A DNA stretch of 64,000 nt, taken from NCBI GenBank assembly GCA_049582485.1, contig JBAUUB010000347.1, forward strand, positions 258 through 64,257, given 5' to 3'. The position numbers and the translations under genes are program-made. This stretch comes from Dermatophilaceae bacterium. Its GTDB lineage: Bacteria; Actinomycetota; Actinomycetes; Actinomycetales; Dermatophilaceae. The notes beneath the pieces were generated by a model that saw only the letters and a list, made by a program, of their open reading frames with translations, was not told the DNA's origin and searched no databases. Within the stretch, counting starts at the first letter, position 1, and each line of letters starts with the position of its first letter. Below, in pieces: positions 1 through 9,949 of this stretch.

Positions 1-338
1 TCACCGGGCTGGACCGGGTGGCTCCCGGTGAGGTCGGGACGTCGGTCATCGCCGGCCACGTCGTTGCGGGCGGCAACCCGGACCGGTTCGCGGAGCTGGC
101 GCAGGTCGAGGTCGGCGACGAGGTCCAGGTGACGACCCCCGACGGCGAGCCGGCGACCTTCACGGTCGTGCGGGCGGGCGTCGTCGACAAGGACGACCTG
201 ACCACCGACCAGGCCGTCTGGGGCGCAAACACCTCGGTGCGGCGTCTCGCCCTCATCACCTGCGACGACGCCTTCGGCTTCCGCGACGACGGGCACCGGG
301 TCGCCAACTACGTCGTCATCGCCGAGCCCGCCGTCTGA
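1..338 (+). CDS. Sortase, class F-like, C-terminal fragment (5' end lies outside the window)
   Basis: The frame is open to the window edge. VIAGHV...LALITCDD matches the sortase TLxTC catalytic-Cys region. Stop TGA at 336-338. Confidence 0.6.
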   Translation, partial: TGLDRVAPGEVGTSVIAGHVVAGGNPDRFAELAQVEVGDEVQVTTPDGEPATFTVVRAGVVDKDDLTTDQAVWGANTSVRRLALITCDDAFGFRDDGHRVANYVVIAEPAV

Positions 339-359
339 TCCGACGGCCCGCTTCTCCCG

Positions 360-3300
360 TCAGTCGACGTGGACGCGCGCGTTGCGGAACATCCGCAGCC
401 ACGGGCTCTCGTCGCCGGTGGCGCCGGTCGTCCAGGACAGCTGGGCGTTTCGCTGGACCCGCTCAGGGTGCGGCATCATCGCCGTGAACCGGCCGTCGGT
501 CGTCGTCACGGCGGTCAGCCCGTCGGGTGAGCCGTTCGGGTTCAGGGGGTATGCGGTCGTCGCCTCCCCCGTGACCGTCACGTAGCGCAGCACCCGGTTC
601 ACCGCCGCCTGGTCACCGCGCGTCCGGAAGTCGGCGTAGCCCTCACCGTGCGCGACAGCGATGGGGATGAGCGAACCGGCCATCCCGGCCGTGAAGACCG
701 ACGGGCTGTCGAGCACTTCGACGAGGGAGAGTCGGGCCTCGTACTGCTCCGAGGCATTGCGCGTGAACCGCGGCCACGCCTCGGCGCCCGGGATGAGGTC
801 GGCGAGCGCGGCGAACATCTGGCAGCCGTTGCAGATGCCGAGCCCGAAGGTGTCGCCCCGGTGGAAGAACTCCCGGAAGGCATCGGTGAGCCGTTCGTTG
901 AAGAGCACCGAGCGGGCCCAGCCCTCACCGGCGCCGAGCGTGTCGCCATAGGAGAAGCCACCGGCGGCCACCAGACCGACGATGTCGGCGAGGTCGAAGC
1001 GCCCGCTCTGCAGGTCGGTCATGTGCACGTCCCAGGCCTCGAAGCCGGCCCGGTCGAACGCGAACGCGGTCTCGACGTGGCTGTTGACGCCCTGCTCGCG
1101 AAGGATGGCGACCTTCGGTCGAGCGCCGAGATTCAGGTAGGCGGCGCTCACGTCCTCGCGCGGGTCGAACGTCGTGTGCAGGGTCAGAACCGGCTCGGCG
1201 GAGCCCGCCAGCGCGTGCTCGCTGTCGGCCGACTCGGGGTTGTCGCGCAGCCGGGTGATCCGCCACGACACCTCGTCCCAGCTGCGTTGCAGGTCGGCGA
1301 GATCGGCGTCGAGGACGTCGGCGGCCGCGACACCGCTGCCGAGCGTGACGCGAACGCGCCGGTCGGTCGCCGTCCGGCCGACCACCCGGCCGAGCTCGCC
1401 GAGCCCGTGGTCGCCGAGGACCGCGAGCACGTCGTCGACGCGGCCCTCCGGCACGCCGAGCACGACCCCGAGCTCCTCGGTGAGCAGGGCGGCGATGGAC
1501 GTGGCCTCGACGTCGACCCCGAGGCCACCGGAGAAGGCCATCTCGCAGGCCGCTGCCCACAGGCCGCCGTCGGAGCGGTCGTGGTAGGCGGTGACGAGCC
1601 CTCTCGCGCGCAGCTCGGCGAGCGCCTGGGCGAGCGAGGACAGCCGGGTGGCGTCGTCGAGGTCGGGCACCTCCCCACCGAAGCCGCCGAGCACCTGGGC
1701 CGCGACCGAGCCGCCCAGCCGTGCCCGCCCGGCCGCGAGGTCGACCAGGACCAGTGCCGAGCCCGCCCGCAGCTGCGGCGTCCACGTGCCGGTGACGTCC
1801 GGCAGTGCGGCGAACGCGGTGACCACGAGCGAGACCGGCGAGGTGACCTGCTTGGCCTCCCCGGACTCCGGGTCGGTCCATCTCGTCCGCATCGAGAGCG
1901 AGTCCTTGCCCACCGGCACCGAGATGCCGAGCATCGGGCACAGCTCCATCGCCACGGCGTGCACGGTGTCGAAGAGCGCTGCGTCCTCACCCGGCTCACC
2001 GCAGGCCGCCATCCAGTTGCACGAGAGCTTGACCGAGGACAGTGAGCTCACCGGTGCGGCGAGCAGGTTCGTCAGGGCCTCGCCGACCGCCAGGCGACCC
2101 GAGGCCGGGGCGTCGACCGCCGCGACCGGCATCCGCTCCCCCGAGGCCATCGCCTCCCCCGCGAGTCCGACGTGGTCCGCGAGCGTCACCGCGACGTCGG
2201 CCACCGGCACCTGCCACGGACCGACCATCTGGTCGCGGTGTGAGAGCCCGCCGACGGTCCGGTCCCCAATCGTTACGAGGAACCGCTTCGACGCCACCGT
2301 CGGGTGCCGCAGCACCGCGCGCAACAGCTCTGCGGTGTCGGCACCGTCGATGTTCACCGACGACCCCGACCGCTCGACCCGCGCGACGTCGCGGGTCATC
2401 CGCGGCGGCTTGCCGAGGAGCACCTCCATCGGCATGTCGATCGGCCGGGTCTGCCCACCGTCGTCCACCCCGGCGAGCTCCGCCGACCGGTCCAGGACGA
2501 GGCGGGCGTCGTCGCGGGCCACCCCGACCACCGCATACGGACAGCGCTCCCGCTCGCACAGCGCCGCGAACCCGTCAAGCGACTCCGGCGCGATCGCGAG
2601 GACGTAGCGCTCCTGGCTCTCGTTGGACCAGATCTCCTTCGGCGACAGGCCGGACTCCTCGAGCGGGATCGCCGACAGGTCGAACCGGGCGCCGAGGCCG
2701 GCGTCGTCGACGAGCTCGGGGAAGGCGTTCGAGAGCCCACCCGCGCCGACGTCGTGGATGGCGAGGATCGGGTTGTCGGCGCCGAGGCTCCAGCAGTGGT
2801 TCACGACCTCCTGGGCCCGGCGCTCGATCTCCGGGTTGCCGCGCTGGACCGAGTCGAAGTCGAGCTCGGCCGCGTTGACCCCCGCCGCCATCGAGGACGC
2901 CGCGCCGCCGCCCATCCCGATCCGCATGCCCGGTCCGCCGATCTGGACCAGCAGGGTGCCGGCCGGGAAGAGGACCTTCTCGACGAGGTCGGCCGAGATG
3001 GTCCCGAGACCACCGGCGCTCATGATCGGCTTGTGATAGCCGCGGCGCACCCCCTCGACGGTCTGCTCGTAGACCCGGAAGAACCCACCGAGAGCGGGCC
3101 GGCCGAACTCGTTGTTGAACGCAGCCGCGCCCAGCGGCCCCTCGACCATGATGTCGAGCGGTGTGGCGATGTGGTCCGGCGCGCCGTACTCCTCGCTCTC
3201 CCAGGGCTCCTCACCCCCGGGCAGGCGCAGATTCGACACGGCGAAGCCGGTCAGGCCCGCCTTCGGCTGGGACCCACGGCCGGTCGCACCCTCGTCCCGG

Positions 3301-4310
3301 ATCTCGCCACCGGCACCGGTCGCCGCCCCCGGGAACGGGCTGATCGCCGTCGGGTGGTTGTGCGTCTCCACCTTCATCAGGACGTGCACCTCCTCGGTGC
3401 GCGCCGCATACGGGCTCGGGCCGGCGAGACCGAGATCGCCGCCGGCCGGCAGGAACCGGGTGCGCAGCCCGCCGCGCATGACGGAGGCGTTGTCCTTGTA
3501 GGCGACGATCGTCCCCTCGCCGGCCACCGCCTCGGTGTGGCGGATCATCCCGAACAGGCTCCGGGTCTGGGCCTGCCCGTCGATGACGAAGTCCGCGTTG
3601 AAGATCTTGTGGCGGCAGTGCTCGGAGTTGGCCTGCGCGAACATCATCAGCTCGACGTCGCTCGGGTTGCGCCCCAGCCCGATGAAGGCCTCGACGAGAT
3701 AGTCGATCTCGTCCTCCGACAGCGCGAGCCCCCAGGCCCGGTCGGCCGCCTCGAGCGCGTCCCGTCCGGCATGGAGCACGTCGACGCGCTCCATCGCTGC
3801 GGCCTCCTGCTCGTCGAACAGGTGCCGGGCGTCCTCGCGGGTCTGCAGCACGGACTCGGTCATCCGGTCGTGCAGCAGGGCGGCGACCGCGTGCCAGGTG
3901 TCGTGGTCCAGCCCGCTCGCCCCGTCGGCGCCGCCGAGCGCGAGGTGGTACTCGGTGACCCGCTCGACGCGGTGGATGTCGACGCCACACGAGTGGGCGA
4001 TGTCGGTCGCCTTGGACGCCCACGGCGAGACCGTGCCGAGCCTGGGGGCGACGACGATCGTCACCTCCGTCGTGTCGGCCTCGGGCGACGGCGCGATGTA
4101 TGCGTCGCCGTAGGTGAGCAGTCGGGTCACCGTGGCGCCGGTCGCCTCGTCGAGGGGCTCGTGCGACGACACGACGTGGGCGTAGCGCGCGGACACGTCG
4201 ACGACGGCGGGCGCGACCTGCCGGATCCGCGCCAGGAGCGCCGCCGCCCGGAACGGGGAGAGTGCGTTGCCGCCCTCGACGATCGTCAGGTGGTGCGCGA
4301 GAGCCGTCAC
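360..4310 (-). CDS. purL: Phosphoribosylformylglycinamidine (FGAM) synthase, large single-chain form
   Basis: About 1316 aa from the GTG at 4310. The N-terminus [14 protein letters not shown] resembles E. coli PurL. It has a central FGAM synthetase region and a C-terminal glutaminase with GICNGCQ. The 194 codons upstream in the track ORF are low-complexity and non-homologous. Confidence 0.9.
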   Translation of the reverse strand: MTALAHHLTIVEGGNALSPFRAAALLARIRQVAPAVVDVSARYAHVVSSHEPLDEATGATVTRLLTYGDAYIAPSPEADTTEVTIVVAPRLGTVSPWASKATDIAHSCGVDIHRVERVTEYHLALGGADGASGLDHDTWHAVAALLHDRMTESVLQTREDARHLFDEQEAAAMERVDVLHAGRDALEAADRAWGLALSEDEIDYLVEAFIGLGRNPSDVELMMFAQANSEHCRHKIFNADFVIDGQAQTRSLFGMIRHTEAVAGEGTIVAYKDNASVMRGGLRTRFLPAGGDLGLAGPSPYAARTEEVHVLMKVETHNHPTAISPFPGAATGAGGEIRDEGATGRGSQPKAGLTGFAVSNLRLPGGEEPWESEEYGAPDHIATPLDIMVEGPLGAAAFNNEFGRPALGGFFRVYEQTVEGVRRGYHKPIMSAGGLGTISADLVEKVLFPAGTLLVQIGGPGMRIGMGGGAASSMAAGVNAAELDFDSVQRGNPEIERRAQEVVNHCWSLGADNPILAIHDVGAGGLSNAFPELVDDAGLGARFDLSAIPLEESGLSPKEIWSNESQERYVLAIAPESLDGFAALCERERCPYAVVGVARDDARLVLDRSAELAGVDDGGQTRPIDMPMEVLLGKPPRMTRDVARVERSGSSVNIDGADTAELLRAVLRHPTVASKRFLVTIGDRTVGGLSHRDQMVGPWQVPVADVAVTLADHVGLAGEAMASGERMPVAAVDAPASGRLAVGEALTNLLAAPVSSLSSVKLSCNWMAACGEPGEDAALFDTVHAVAMELCPMLGISVPVGKDSLSMRTRWTDPESGEAKQVTSPVSLVVTAFAALPDVTGTWTPQLRAGSALVLVDLAAGRARLGGSVAAQVLGGFGGEVPDLDDATRLSSLAQALAELRARGLVTAYHDRSDGGLWAAACEMAFSGGLGVDVEATSIAALLTEELGVVLGVPEGRVDDVLAVLGDHGLGELGRVVGRTATDRRVRVTLGSGVAAADVLDADLADLQRSWDEVSWRITRLRDNPESADSEHALAGSAEPVLTLHTTFDPREDVSAAYLNLGARPKVAILREQGVNSHVETAFAFDRAGFEAWDVHMTDLQSGRFDLADIVGLVAAGGFSYGDTLGAGEGWARSVLFNERLTDAFREFFHRGDTFGLGICNGCQMFAALADLIPGAEAWPRFTRNASEQYEARLSLVEVLDSPSVFTAGMAGSLIPIAVAHGEGYADFRTRGDQAAVNRVLRYVTVTGEATTAYPLNPNGSPDGLTAVTTTDGRFTAMMPHPERVQRNAQLSWTTGATGDESPWLRMFRNARVHVD

Positions 4311-4339
4311 GTGCAGCAAGGCTACCGGCGAGGGTGACT

Positions 4340-4422
4340 GGCTTTTCCTCCCAGGGAAGAAAACCCCCGGTTCGGGAAGGATCCCTTCCTTCCCGAGCCT
4401 GGCGTTTCCTTCCCGAGGTCGC
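4340..4422. repeat. Interspersed double-hairpin repeat, family 1, copy A (inverted relative to copies B and C)
   Basis: Its reverse complement aligns along its length with 13701-13790 and 17070-17146. It contains TCGGGAAGGA-N5-TCCTTCCCGA and TTTTCCTCCC-A-GGGAAGAAAA hairpins. Confidence 0.6.
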
Positions 4423-4472
4423 AGCCCACCGCGGGGGTGACAGCGCGTCTGCGACGGTGACAGGGTGGACCG

Positions 4473-4961
4473 ATGGACGAGGTCACGGTGCGCATCGGCA
4501 CGGTCGCGGACGCCGACGTCGCGGGGCGGATGCTCCACGACTTCAACACCGAGTTCGAGAGCCCGACTCCGTCGGCGGCCGAGTTCGCCGGACGGTTCCG
4601 GACCATGCTGGACCGCGACGACGTCGTCCTCATCCTCGCGATGGGCGAGGGAGAGGGCGGTGGCAGCGAGCCGGTCGGCTTCGCGCTGGTGACGATGCGC
4701 CCGTCGCCGTACTACGACGGACCGCTCGTGCAGCTCGAGGAGCTCTATGTCCGGCCCCGGCTGAGGGACGGCGGGATCGGGAGCCTCGTCGTAGGGCGGC
4801 TGATCGAGCTCGCCGCGGAGCGGTCCGCCGGTGAGATCCGGATCGATGTCGACGCGGTCGACACCGACACCCGTCGCTTCTACGAGCGGCACGGGTTCTC
4901 GAACATCTCGCCGGACGCGGAGTGCCCGATGCTCTGCTACATCCGCGAGATGTCATCCTAG
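4473..4961 (+). CDS. GNAT family N-acetyltransferase
   Basis: 162 aa. Acetyl-CoA binding-like core [20 protein letters not shown] and a C-terminal RFYERHGF motif. Confidence 0.8.
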   Translation: MDEVTVRIGTVADADVAGRMLHDFNTEFESPTPSAAEFAGRFRTMLDRDDVVLILAMGEGEGGGSEPVGFALVTMRPSPYYDGPLVQLEELYVRPRLRDGGIGSLVVGRLIELAAERSAGEIRIDVDAVDTDTRRFYERHGFSNISPDAECPMLCYIREMSS

Positions 4962-4984
4962 GCACCGAGAGAAGAGGTGGTTCA

Positions 4985-5293
4985 GTGAACTCGGTGCCCG
5001 TCTGGATCCTGCGCATCGCCGCAGTGGTGGTGCTGCTGGCGCTCGGCGTGCTGAGCCTTCCGCTCGTGGCGATCGTCTTCGACGAGGCCGGCCAAGAGGG
5101 CTGGATCATCCCGGTCCAGGTCGTGGTCATGGCGCTCATCGGCGCAGGGATCGGCATGCTCGTCCCCGCACTCGCGGGAGCCGGCGCGTCCAGGGCCCGA
5201 GCCGCAGTCGTGGGGGCGCTCATCGCGCTGGTCGGGGTGGCGATCAGCCTCGTGCTGTTCGTCCTGCTGTTGGACGGGCTCGGCGGCCTCTGA
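4985..5293 (+). CDS. Small integral membrane protein (about 3 TM segments)
   Basis: GTG at 4985 follows a GAGAAGAGGTGG RBS-like stretch. The product is strongly hydrophobic. The earlier start in the track overlaps the GNAT gene. Confidence 0.5.
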   Translation: MNSVPVWILRIAAVVVLLALGVLSLPLVAIVFDEAGQEGWIIPVQVVVMALIGAGIGMLVPALAGAGASRARAAVVGALIALVGVAISLVLFVLLLDGLGGL

Positions 5294-5324
5294 CCCGCAG
5301 CCCGCGACGGCCGATCCGCGCCCG

Positions 5325-5984
5325 TCACCGCCCCTCGGCTGCGAGCACCCCGACCTCGGTCCCGTAGCTCCATCCCGGCCTGAGCGGCAGGCTGTCCCCG
5401 CTCCAGAACCGTCCCGGGTCGTACCAGTTCATCGGCACGTCGTCCTCGAGGATCCCCATCGCCTCGAGGGTGACCCCGACGACCTCGGCGCAGTACGCCG
5501 CCTCGGGTCGGACCGCCTTCTCGCGCGCCGCGCGCTGGGAGAGGTAGGCGTCGCGACCGCGTAGCCAGCGCCACGCCAGTTCGACGGTGCCGGGGAACGA
5601 GACGCCGTTCAGCCGGGCGATGGTGCGCAGCAGGGCGTCCTCCTGCTCGCGACCGACCTCAGGCGTGAGCTGACGCACCCACGCACGCTGGCCGTACTTC
5701 ACCTGCCACGTCGTCACGGCCTCGGCCAGGTCGTGCAGCTGCACGCCGCGGTGGTGCGTCCCGGTCCAGTGGTCCCGCAGCGACCGGCCGAGCTCGGCGT
5801 GCCACATCAGGGGCGGCAGGTCATCGAGCACGACGGCCAGGCCGACGTGGTTGACCGGTGAGTTGCTCGCCGTCTGGATGACCCGGTCGGCGACGGTTCC
5901 GCCACGGAACAGCCACAGGTCACCGGTGCGCGTCTCCTCGACGGCCCGCTCGAACCCGACGGCGGTGCGACTGAAGATCGGCAT
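5325..5984 (-). CDS. YiiX/YaeF-like permuted papain-fold (C92) amidase family protein
   Basis: GDLWLFRG...SPVNHVGL followed later by AAYCAEVVG fits the permuted NlpC/P60-like order. ATG at 5984; an alternative GTG is at 5990. Confidence 0.55.
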   Translation of the reverse strand: MPIFSRTAVGFERAVEETRTGDLWLFRGGTVADRVIQTASNSPVNHVGLAVVLDDLPPLMWHAELGRSLRDHWTGTHHRGVQLHDLAEAVTTWQVKYGQRAWVRQLTPEVGREQEDALLRTIARLNGVSFPGTVELAWRWLRGRDAYLSQRAAREKAVRPEAAYCAEVVGVTLEAMGILEDDVPMNWYDPGRFWSGDSLPLRPGWSYGTEVGVLAAEGR

Positions 5985-6033
5985 GAGCACAGTCTGCCCA
6001 TCCGCGCGCCGTCCGTCTCGCTAGGGTGAACAC

Positions 6034-6213
6034 GTGAGCCCCTCGAACCGCGCCTGGAAGGTCACCGGCATCGCCGCCCTCATCGGCGTCGTCGCGACCG
6101 GGGTGCTGGTCAGCCGCAACGAACGCGAACGGCGCGCCTACACCCCCGACGAGGTGCGCGACCGGCTCCACCAGCGGCTGAGAGAGGCCGAGCAGGCCGC
6201 TGACCAGCACTAG
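6034..6213 (+). CDS. Possible small membrane-anchored protein (59 aa)
   Basis: GTG...TAG, 60 codons, below the track cut-off. One hydrophobic helix (ITGIAALIGVVATGVLV) followed by a charged tail. GC3-rich codons. Confidence 0.35.
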   Translation: MSPSNRAWKVTGIAALIGVVATGVLVSRNERERRAYTPDEVRDRLHQRLREAEQAADQH

Positions 6214-6222
6214 GCTGGCGCG

Positions 6223-7176
6223 GTGCCGCAGGTCGAGGTCGACGTCGACGAGTCCCTCGTCCGACGACTGCTCCGCAGCCTCCCCGACGGATGGCGGGAC
6301 CTGCGCGATGCGCCCATCGAGCATGTCGCAACCGGGTGGGACAACTCGGTCTGGCGGCTTGGGGTCTCCGGCGCCGACAGCTCCGGCACCGAGCACGGGT
6401 ATGCGGTGCGCGTCCCGGTCCGACGGGTCGCCGCTGCTCTCATCCTGGCCGCCGCCCGCTGGGTCGGCGAGGTCACCGGACCGATACGCGAGGCCGGGTT
6501 CCGGGCACCGGTCCCGCTCCACGTCGCCGATCCCGGCGACCTGCTGCCGTGGCCCTGGTGCGTCGTCGAGTGGGTGCCTGGCACTGTCCTGTCGGCGGTG
6601 CCGGTGGTCCGCCGCGGACCCGTCGCCGATGCCCTGGCCGACGCGCTCCCCCTGCTGCACCGGCCGGCGCCGCCCAACGCGCCCATCAACCCCGGTCGGG
6701 GTGTCACGCTCGCGGCCCGTCGGGCGTTGACCGAGCGGCACCTCCCTGCGGCACGGGACCATCTGGGCACCGACGTCGTGAGTGCCCTCCTCCGGCTTGT
6801 CGACGTCGCGGCGGCGCTGCCGGCATGGCCGCACCCCCCGGTCTGGTGCCACGGCGACCTGCACGCCGCCAACCTCGCCCTCGACGAGCACGGACCGGCC
6901 GACGGACGGGCGCTGGGCTTCCTCGACTTCGACGACCTGACCAGCGGCGACCCGGCCGTGGACCTCCGGGCTCTCTGGCTCGTCCTCGACCCGGCCCAGC
7001 GCGAACGGGCGAGGTCCGCGCTCGAGGCGAGCGGCGCATACGACGAGCATGTCTGGACCCGCGCGCAGGGATGGGCGGCCGCCTCCTTCCTCCTGCCGGT
7101 GGCCGCCGACCCCGAGGGCAGGGTGGTCTTCGCGGACTCGATCGAGCACGCTCTCGAGCAGCTGGGCTGCCGGTGA
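6223..7176 (+). CDS. Aminoglycoside/choline-kinase-like phosphotransferase (APH family)
   Basis: HGDLHAANL catalytic loop and a DFDD metal-binding motif. Confidence 0.8.
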   Translation: MPQVEVDVDESLVRRLLRSLPDGWRDLRDAPIEHVATGWDNSVWRLGVSGADSSGTEHGYAVRVPVRRVAAALILAAARWVGEVTGPIREAGFRAPVPLHVADPGDLLPWPWCVVEWVPGTVLSAVPVVRRGPVADALADALPLLHRPAPPNAPINPGRGVTLAARRALTERHLPAARDHLGTDVVSALLRLVDVAAALPAWPHPPVWCHGDLHAANLALDEHGPADGRALGFLDFDDLTSGDPAVDLRALWLVLDPAQRERARSALEASGAYDEHVWTRAQGWAAASFLLPVAADPEGRVVFADSIEHALEQLGCR

Positions 7177-7961
7177 GCGTCGACATCGTGCCGGACGAGC
7201 GCGGTGGGTATGTCGTCCTCGTCGACGGCCGACCGCAGAGCCACGTCGACGCCGACGACCCGCTGGACCTGGCGTTCGAGTACGTCGCGATCACCGCCGC
7301 CGCCATCCACGCGCTGCTCCCCGGCCGCGCGAGGGTGCGGGCGACGCACGTCGGCGGGGCGGGGCTGACCCTGCCGCGCTGGATCCACGCGACGCGGCCG
7401 GGCTCGCCGCAGATCGTCCTCGAGCCGGACGGGGCTCTGACGGCGCTGGTGCGCGGGCGCCTTCCCCTGCCGCGGGGGCACCGGATCCGGGTGCGGGAGA
7501 CCGACGGTGCGACCGGAATGGCTGCGCTGGCGACGGGCTCGGCCGACCTGGTCGTCGTCGACGCCTACGCAGAGGGGCGAGTGCCGGCCGAGCTCGGTGC
7601 AGTGCCGTTCCTCGACGACTGCGGGCGGGTGCTGGTCGCCGACGGGCTCCTGGTGCTCAACCTCGCCGACGAGCCCGAGGGCCGCTACAGCGACCGCGTC
7701 GCGGCAGGTGTGCGGGCCGCCGGACTCGAGCACCGGCTCATCGTCGCGACCACGGACATCGCCAAGGGCCGGCGCTTCGGCAACCGGGTCCTGCTCGCCT
7801 CACCCGTCCCGCTCGACCGGGGCGCCCTCGAGCGCGAGCTGCGCCGGCTGGCCTGGCCCACGCGGGTGCTCCTCGCCCGACCTGCACGACCCTTCACCGC
7901 CGCCGACCAGCAGCCCTCCCCGAGCCCTCCGACGCTGGACCGCCGCTGGCGGGTGCGCTGA
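7173..7961 (+). CDS. Spermidine synthase-like class I methyltransferase-fold protein
   Basis: GTG at 7173 overlaps the upstream stop (GTGA). It has a THVGGAGLTLPRW nucleotide-binding-like loop and DLVVVDAY, as in fused spermidine-synthase-like proteins. Confidence 0.6.
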   Translation: MSVDIVPDERGGYVVLVDGRPQSHVDADDPLDLAFEYVAITAAAIHALLPGRARVRATHVGGAGLTLPRWIHATRPGSPQIVLEPDGALTALVRGRLPLPRGHRIRVRETDGATGMAALATGSADLVVVDAYAEGRVPAELGAVPFLDDCGRVLVADGLLVLNLADEPEGRYSDRVAAGVRAAGLEHRLIVATTDIAKGRRFGNRVLLASPVPLDRGALERELRRLAWPTRVLLARPARPFTAADQQPSPSPPTLDRRWRVR

Positions 7962-8006
7962 GCGCGACCGCGACGTCGCGCGCAGTCGGACCGAGTCTGT
8001 CCGCAG

Positions 8007-8146
8007 CGACGCGACCCTTGCTCCCGCGCGAGACCTCTGCTCACTCGGTCGCTGCTCCCTCCGCCGATCGCGAGACATTGCGGTCGCGCGACGGAGCATC
8101 TGTCACGCGAGGGACCAGCTGTCACGCGACGGAGCAGAGGTCGCCA
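8007..8146 (+). repeat. Interspersed repeat family 2, copy R1 (terminal inverted repeats plus CAATTGCG-like core)
   Basis: The left arms GCGACCCTTGCTCC and GCGAGACCTCTGCTC are complementary to the right arm GGAGCAGAGGTCGC. Core is ACATTGCGGTCGCG. It aligns with 22378-22470, 23554-23670 and 57496-57635. Confidence 0.55.
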
Positions 8147-8164
8147 CCGGCTCTCCGGACCGCT

Positions 8165-9031
8165 TCAGCCGACGAACCGGATCGAGGCGATGACCGCGTC
8201 GATCTCGGCGACCGCGTCCGGCGTGGCGGCGGGCTCCTGCTGGGCGTCGATGAGCAGCCGCCTGCCGTCGACGTCGAGGATCCACATCCGGTCGACCTCG
8301 CCGGGGAAGCGGTGGTAGCGCTGCCGGCCGTTCGGCCACGTCGTCCAGCTGACGTAGATCGTGTCGCCGGTGCGGGTGTCGTCGCAGCCGACGAAGCTGC
8401 CGGGCCGGTCGGACTCCAGGTCTGCCGGCACGCTCCACTGCATGAACAGCCCCCACCGGCCGTCGAGCTCGACCTCCACGGGCTCGCTCGAGTTCCGACC
8501 GGGCACCCGCTGCAGCGCCTGGGCGAGGTCGCGGATGCCGGGGCCGACGAGCTGCCGCTCCCCATGCCACCGGCAGGGGTCGGCGAAGACCTGGGCGACG
8601 TTCCAGAACGAGATCGTCACCCCCTCGTCCTCCCGGAGCAGCGACCCCACGGGCAGCACCGACCAACCCTCCGGCACGGTGAGCTCGAGCACCGGCGGGT
8701 CGGCCTCGTAGCCCAGGCCGTCGAGGACGTGCCGGTAGGTCCCCGGCTCCAGCGGACCGGTGAGCTCGTCCAGGCGGGGCAGGTCAGGGCCGGTCGCCGC
8801 CGTGCCACCCGCCGCCGTGCTGGTCGCCTCGGGGGCAGCCTCCGATGTCGCACCGGCCGCCGCAGCGGGCGCGGTGGGGAGCGCGGTGATCGTCACCGGG
8901 GTGGCCGACGGAGTCTCGGAGGACGGGGTCGCAGTGGGCGCGAGGGTGGTGCACCCCACCAGGGCCGCGACGGCAAGGCCGACTGCCGGCAGCCGGGCGT
9001 ACCGGGTCGCTCGACGGGGCTCGACCGGCAC
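8165..9031 (-). CDS. Secreted lipoprotein, function unknown
   Basis: Signal peptide with lipobox LVGC, then a Thr/Pro/Ala-rich linker and a globular domain. Confidence 0.7.
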   Translation of the reverse strand: MPVEPRRATRYARLPAVGLAVAALVGCTTLAPTATPSSETPSATPVTITALPTAPAAAAGATSEAAPEATSTAAGGTAATGPDLPRLDELTGPLEPGTYRHVLDGLGYEADPPVLELTVPEGWSVLPVGSLLREDEGVTISFWNVAQVFADPCRWHGERQLVGPGIRDLAQALQRVPGRNSSEPVEVELDGRWGLFMQWSVPADLESDRPGSFVGCDDTRTGDTIYVSWTTWPNGRQRYHRFPGEVDRMWILDVDGRRLLIDAQQEPAATPDAVAEIDAVIASIRFVG

Positions 9032-9043
9032 GTCGTCGTCCCC

Positions 9044-9949
9044 TCAGAAGGTGCGGCCGGTGAGGCGCTCGTAGGCCTCGACGTACTTCGCCCGCGTGCG
9101 CTCGACGATGTCGTCGGGCAGGGGCGGCGGTGGCGCGCCCGAGTCCTTGTCCCAGCCGGACGCCGCCGAGGTCAGCCACTCGCGCACGAACTCCTTGTCG
9201 AAGCTGGGTTGGGTGTGTCCCGGCTCCCACCGGTCGGCCGGCCAGAACCGCGAGGAGTCGGGCGTGAGCACCTCGTCGGCGAGCACGAGCTCGCCGTCCT
9301 CGACCCCGAACTCGACCTTGGTGTCGGCGATGAGGATCCCGCGGCCGGTGGCGATCTCGTTGCCCCGCGCGAGGATGGCGACGGTGAGGTCGCGGGCGCG
9401 CTCCGCCAGACTGGGGCCGATCGCCGACTCGACCTGCGCATACGACATCGGCTGGTCGTGCTCACCCTTGGGCGCCTTGGTCGAGGGCGTGAACACCGGC
9501 TGGGGAAGGCGGGAGCCGTCGGTGAGCCCCTCGGGCAGGCGGACGCCGGAGACCTGCCCGTCGGCGCGGTACTCGCGCAGGCCACCACCGGTGAGGTACG
9601 CACGGGCCACGCACTCGACGGGCAGCATCCGCAGGCGCCGGACGAGGACGGCCCGCCCGGCCACCTCGTCCGGGACGTCGGTCGAGACGATGTGGTTGGG
9701 CACCAGGTCGGCGAGCTGCTCGAACCACCAGAGCGACAGCTGTGTCAGGACCGCACCCTTGTCGGGGATCGCCGGTGCGAGGGCGAAGTCGAAGGCGCTG
9801 ATCCGGTCGGACGCGACGAGCAGCAGCCGGTCGCCTCGCGCCTGGCCCGTGTCGGGGTCGATCGGCGCATAGAGGTCGCGGACCTTGCCCGAGTAGACGT
9901 GTTCGTAGCCGGGGATCGCGACCGCGACGGACTCCGGGACAGTGCTCAT
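9044..9949 (-). CDS. purC: Phosphoribosylaminoimidazole-succinocarboxamide (SAICAR) synthase
   Basis: YSGKVRDLY, SDRISAFD and ADTKVEFG motifs. The start overlaps the purD stop (ATGA). Confidence 0.95.
   Translation of the reverse strand: MSTVPESVAVAIPGYEHVYSGKVRDLYAPIDPDTGQARGDRLLLVASDRISAFDFALAPAIPDKGAVLTQLSLWWFEQLADLVPNHIVSTDVPDEVAGRAVLVRRLRMLPVECVARAYLTGGGLREYRADGQVSGVRLPEGLTDGSRLPQPVFTPSTKAPKGEHDQPMSYAQVESAIGPSLAERARDLTVAILARGNEIATGRGILIADTKVEFGVEDGELVLADEVLTPDSSRFWPADRWEPGHTQPSFDKEFVREWLTSAASGWDKDSGAPPPPLPDDIVERTRAKYVEAYERLTGRTF

Noticed and set aside
4311-4892. N-terminal 194-codon extension of the purL ORF, and similarly the 35419-37452 extension of the SQR-like ORF
   Set aside because: The extensions have no homology and run through intergenic repeats and neighbouring genes on the other strand. 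Internal starts with proper N-terminal homology or an RBS are preferred.
7961-8165. Conserved peptide motif RDLCS seen in translations of repeat family 2 (also in 22400-22470 and 23548-23660), which suggested a small conserved protein
   Set aside because: The motif arises in different frames and on different strands in different copies, and the ORFs have no consistent start or stop. The conservation is at the nucleotide level.
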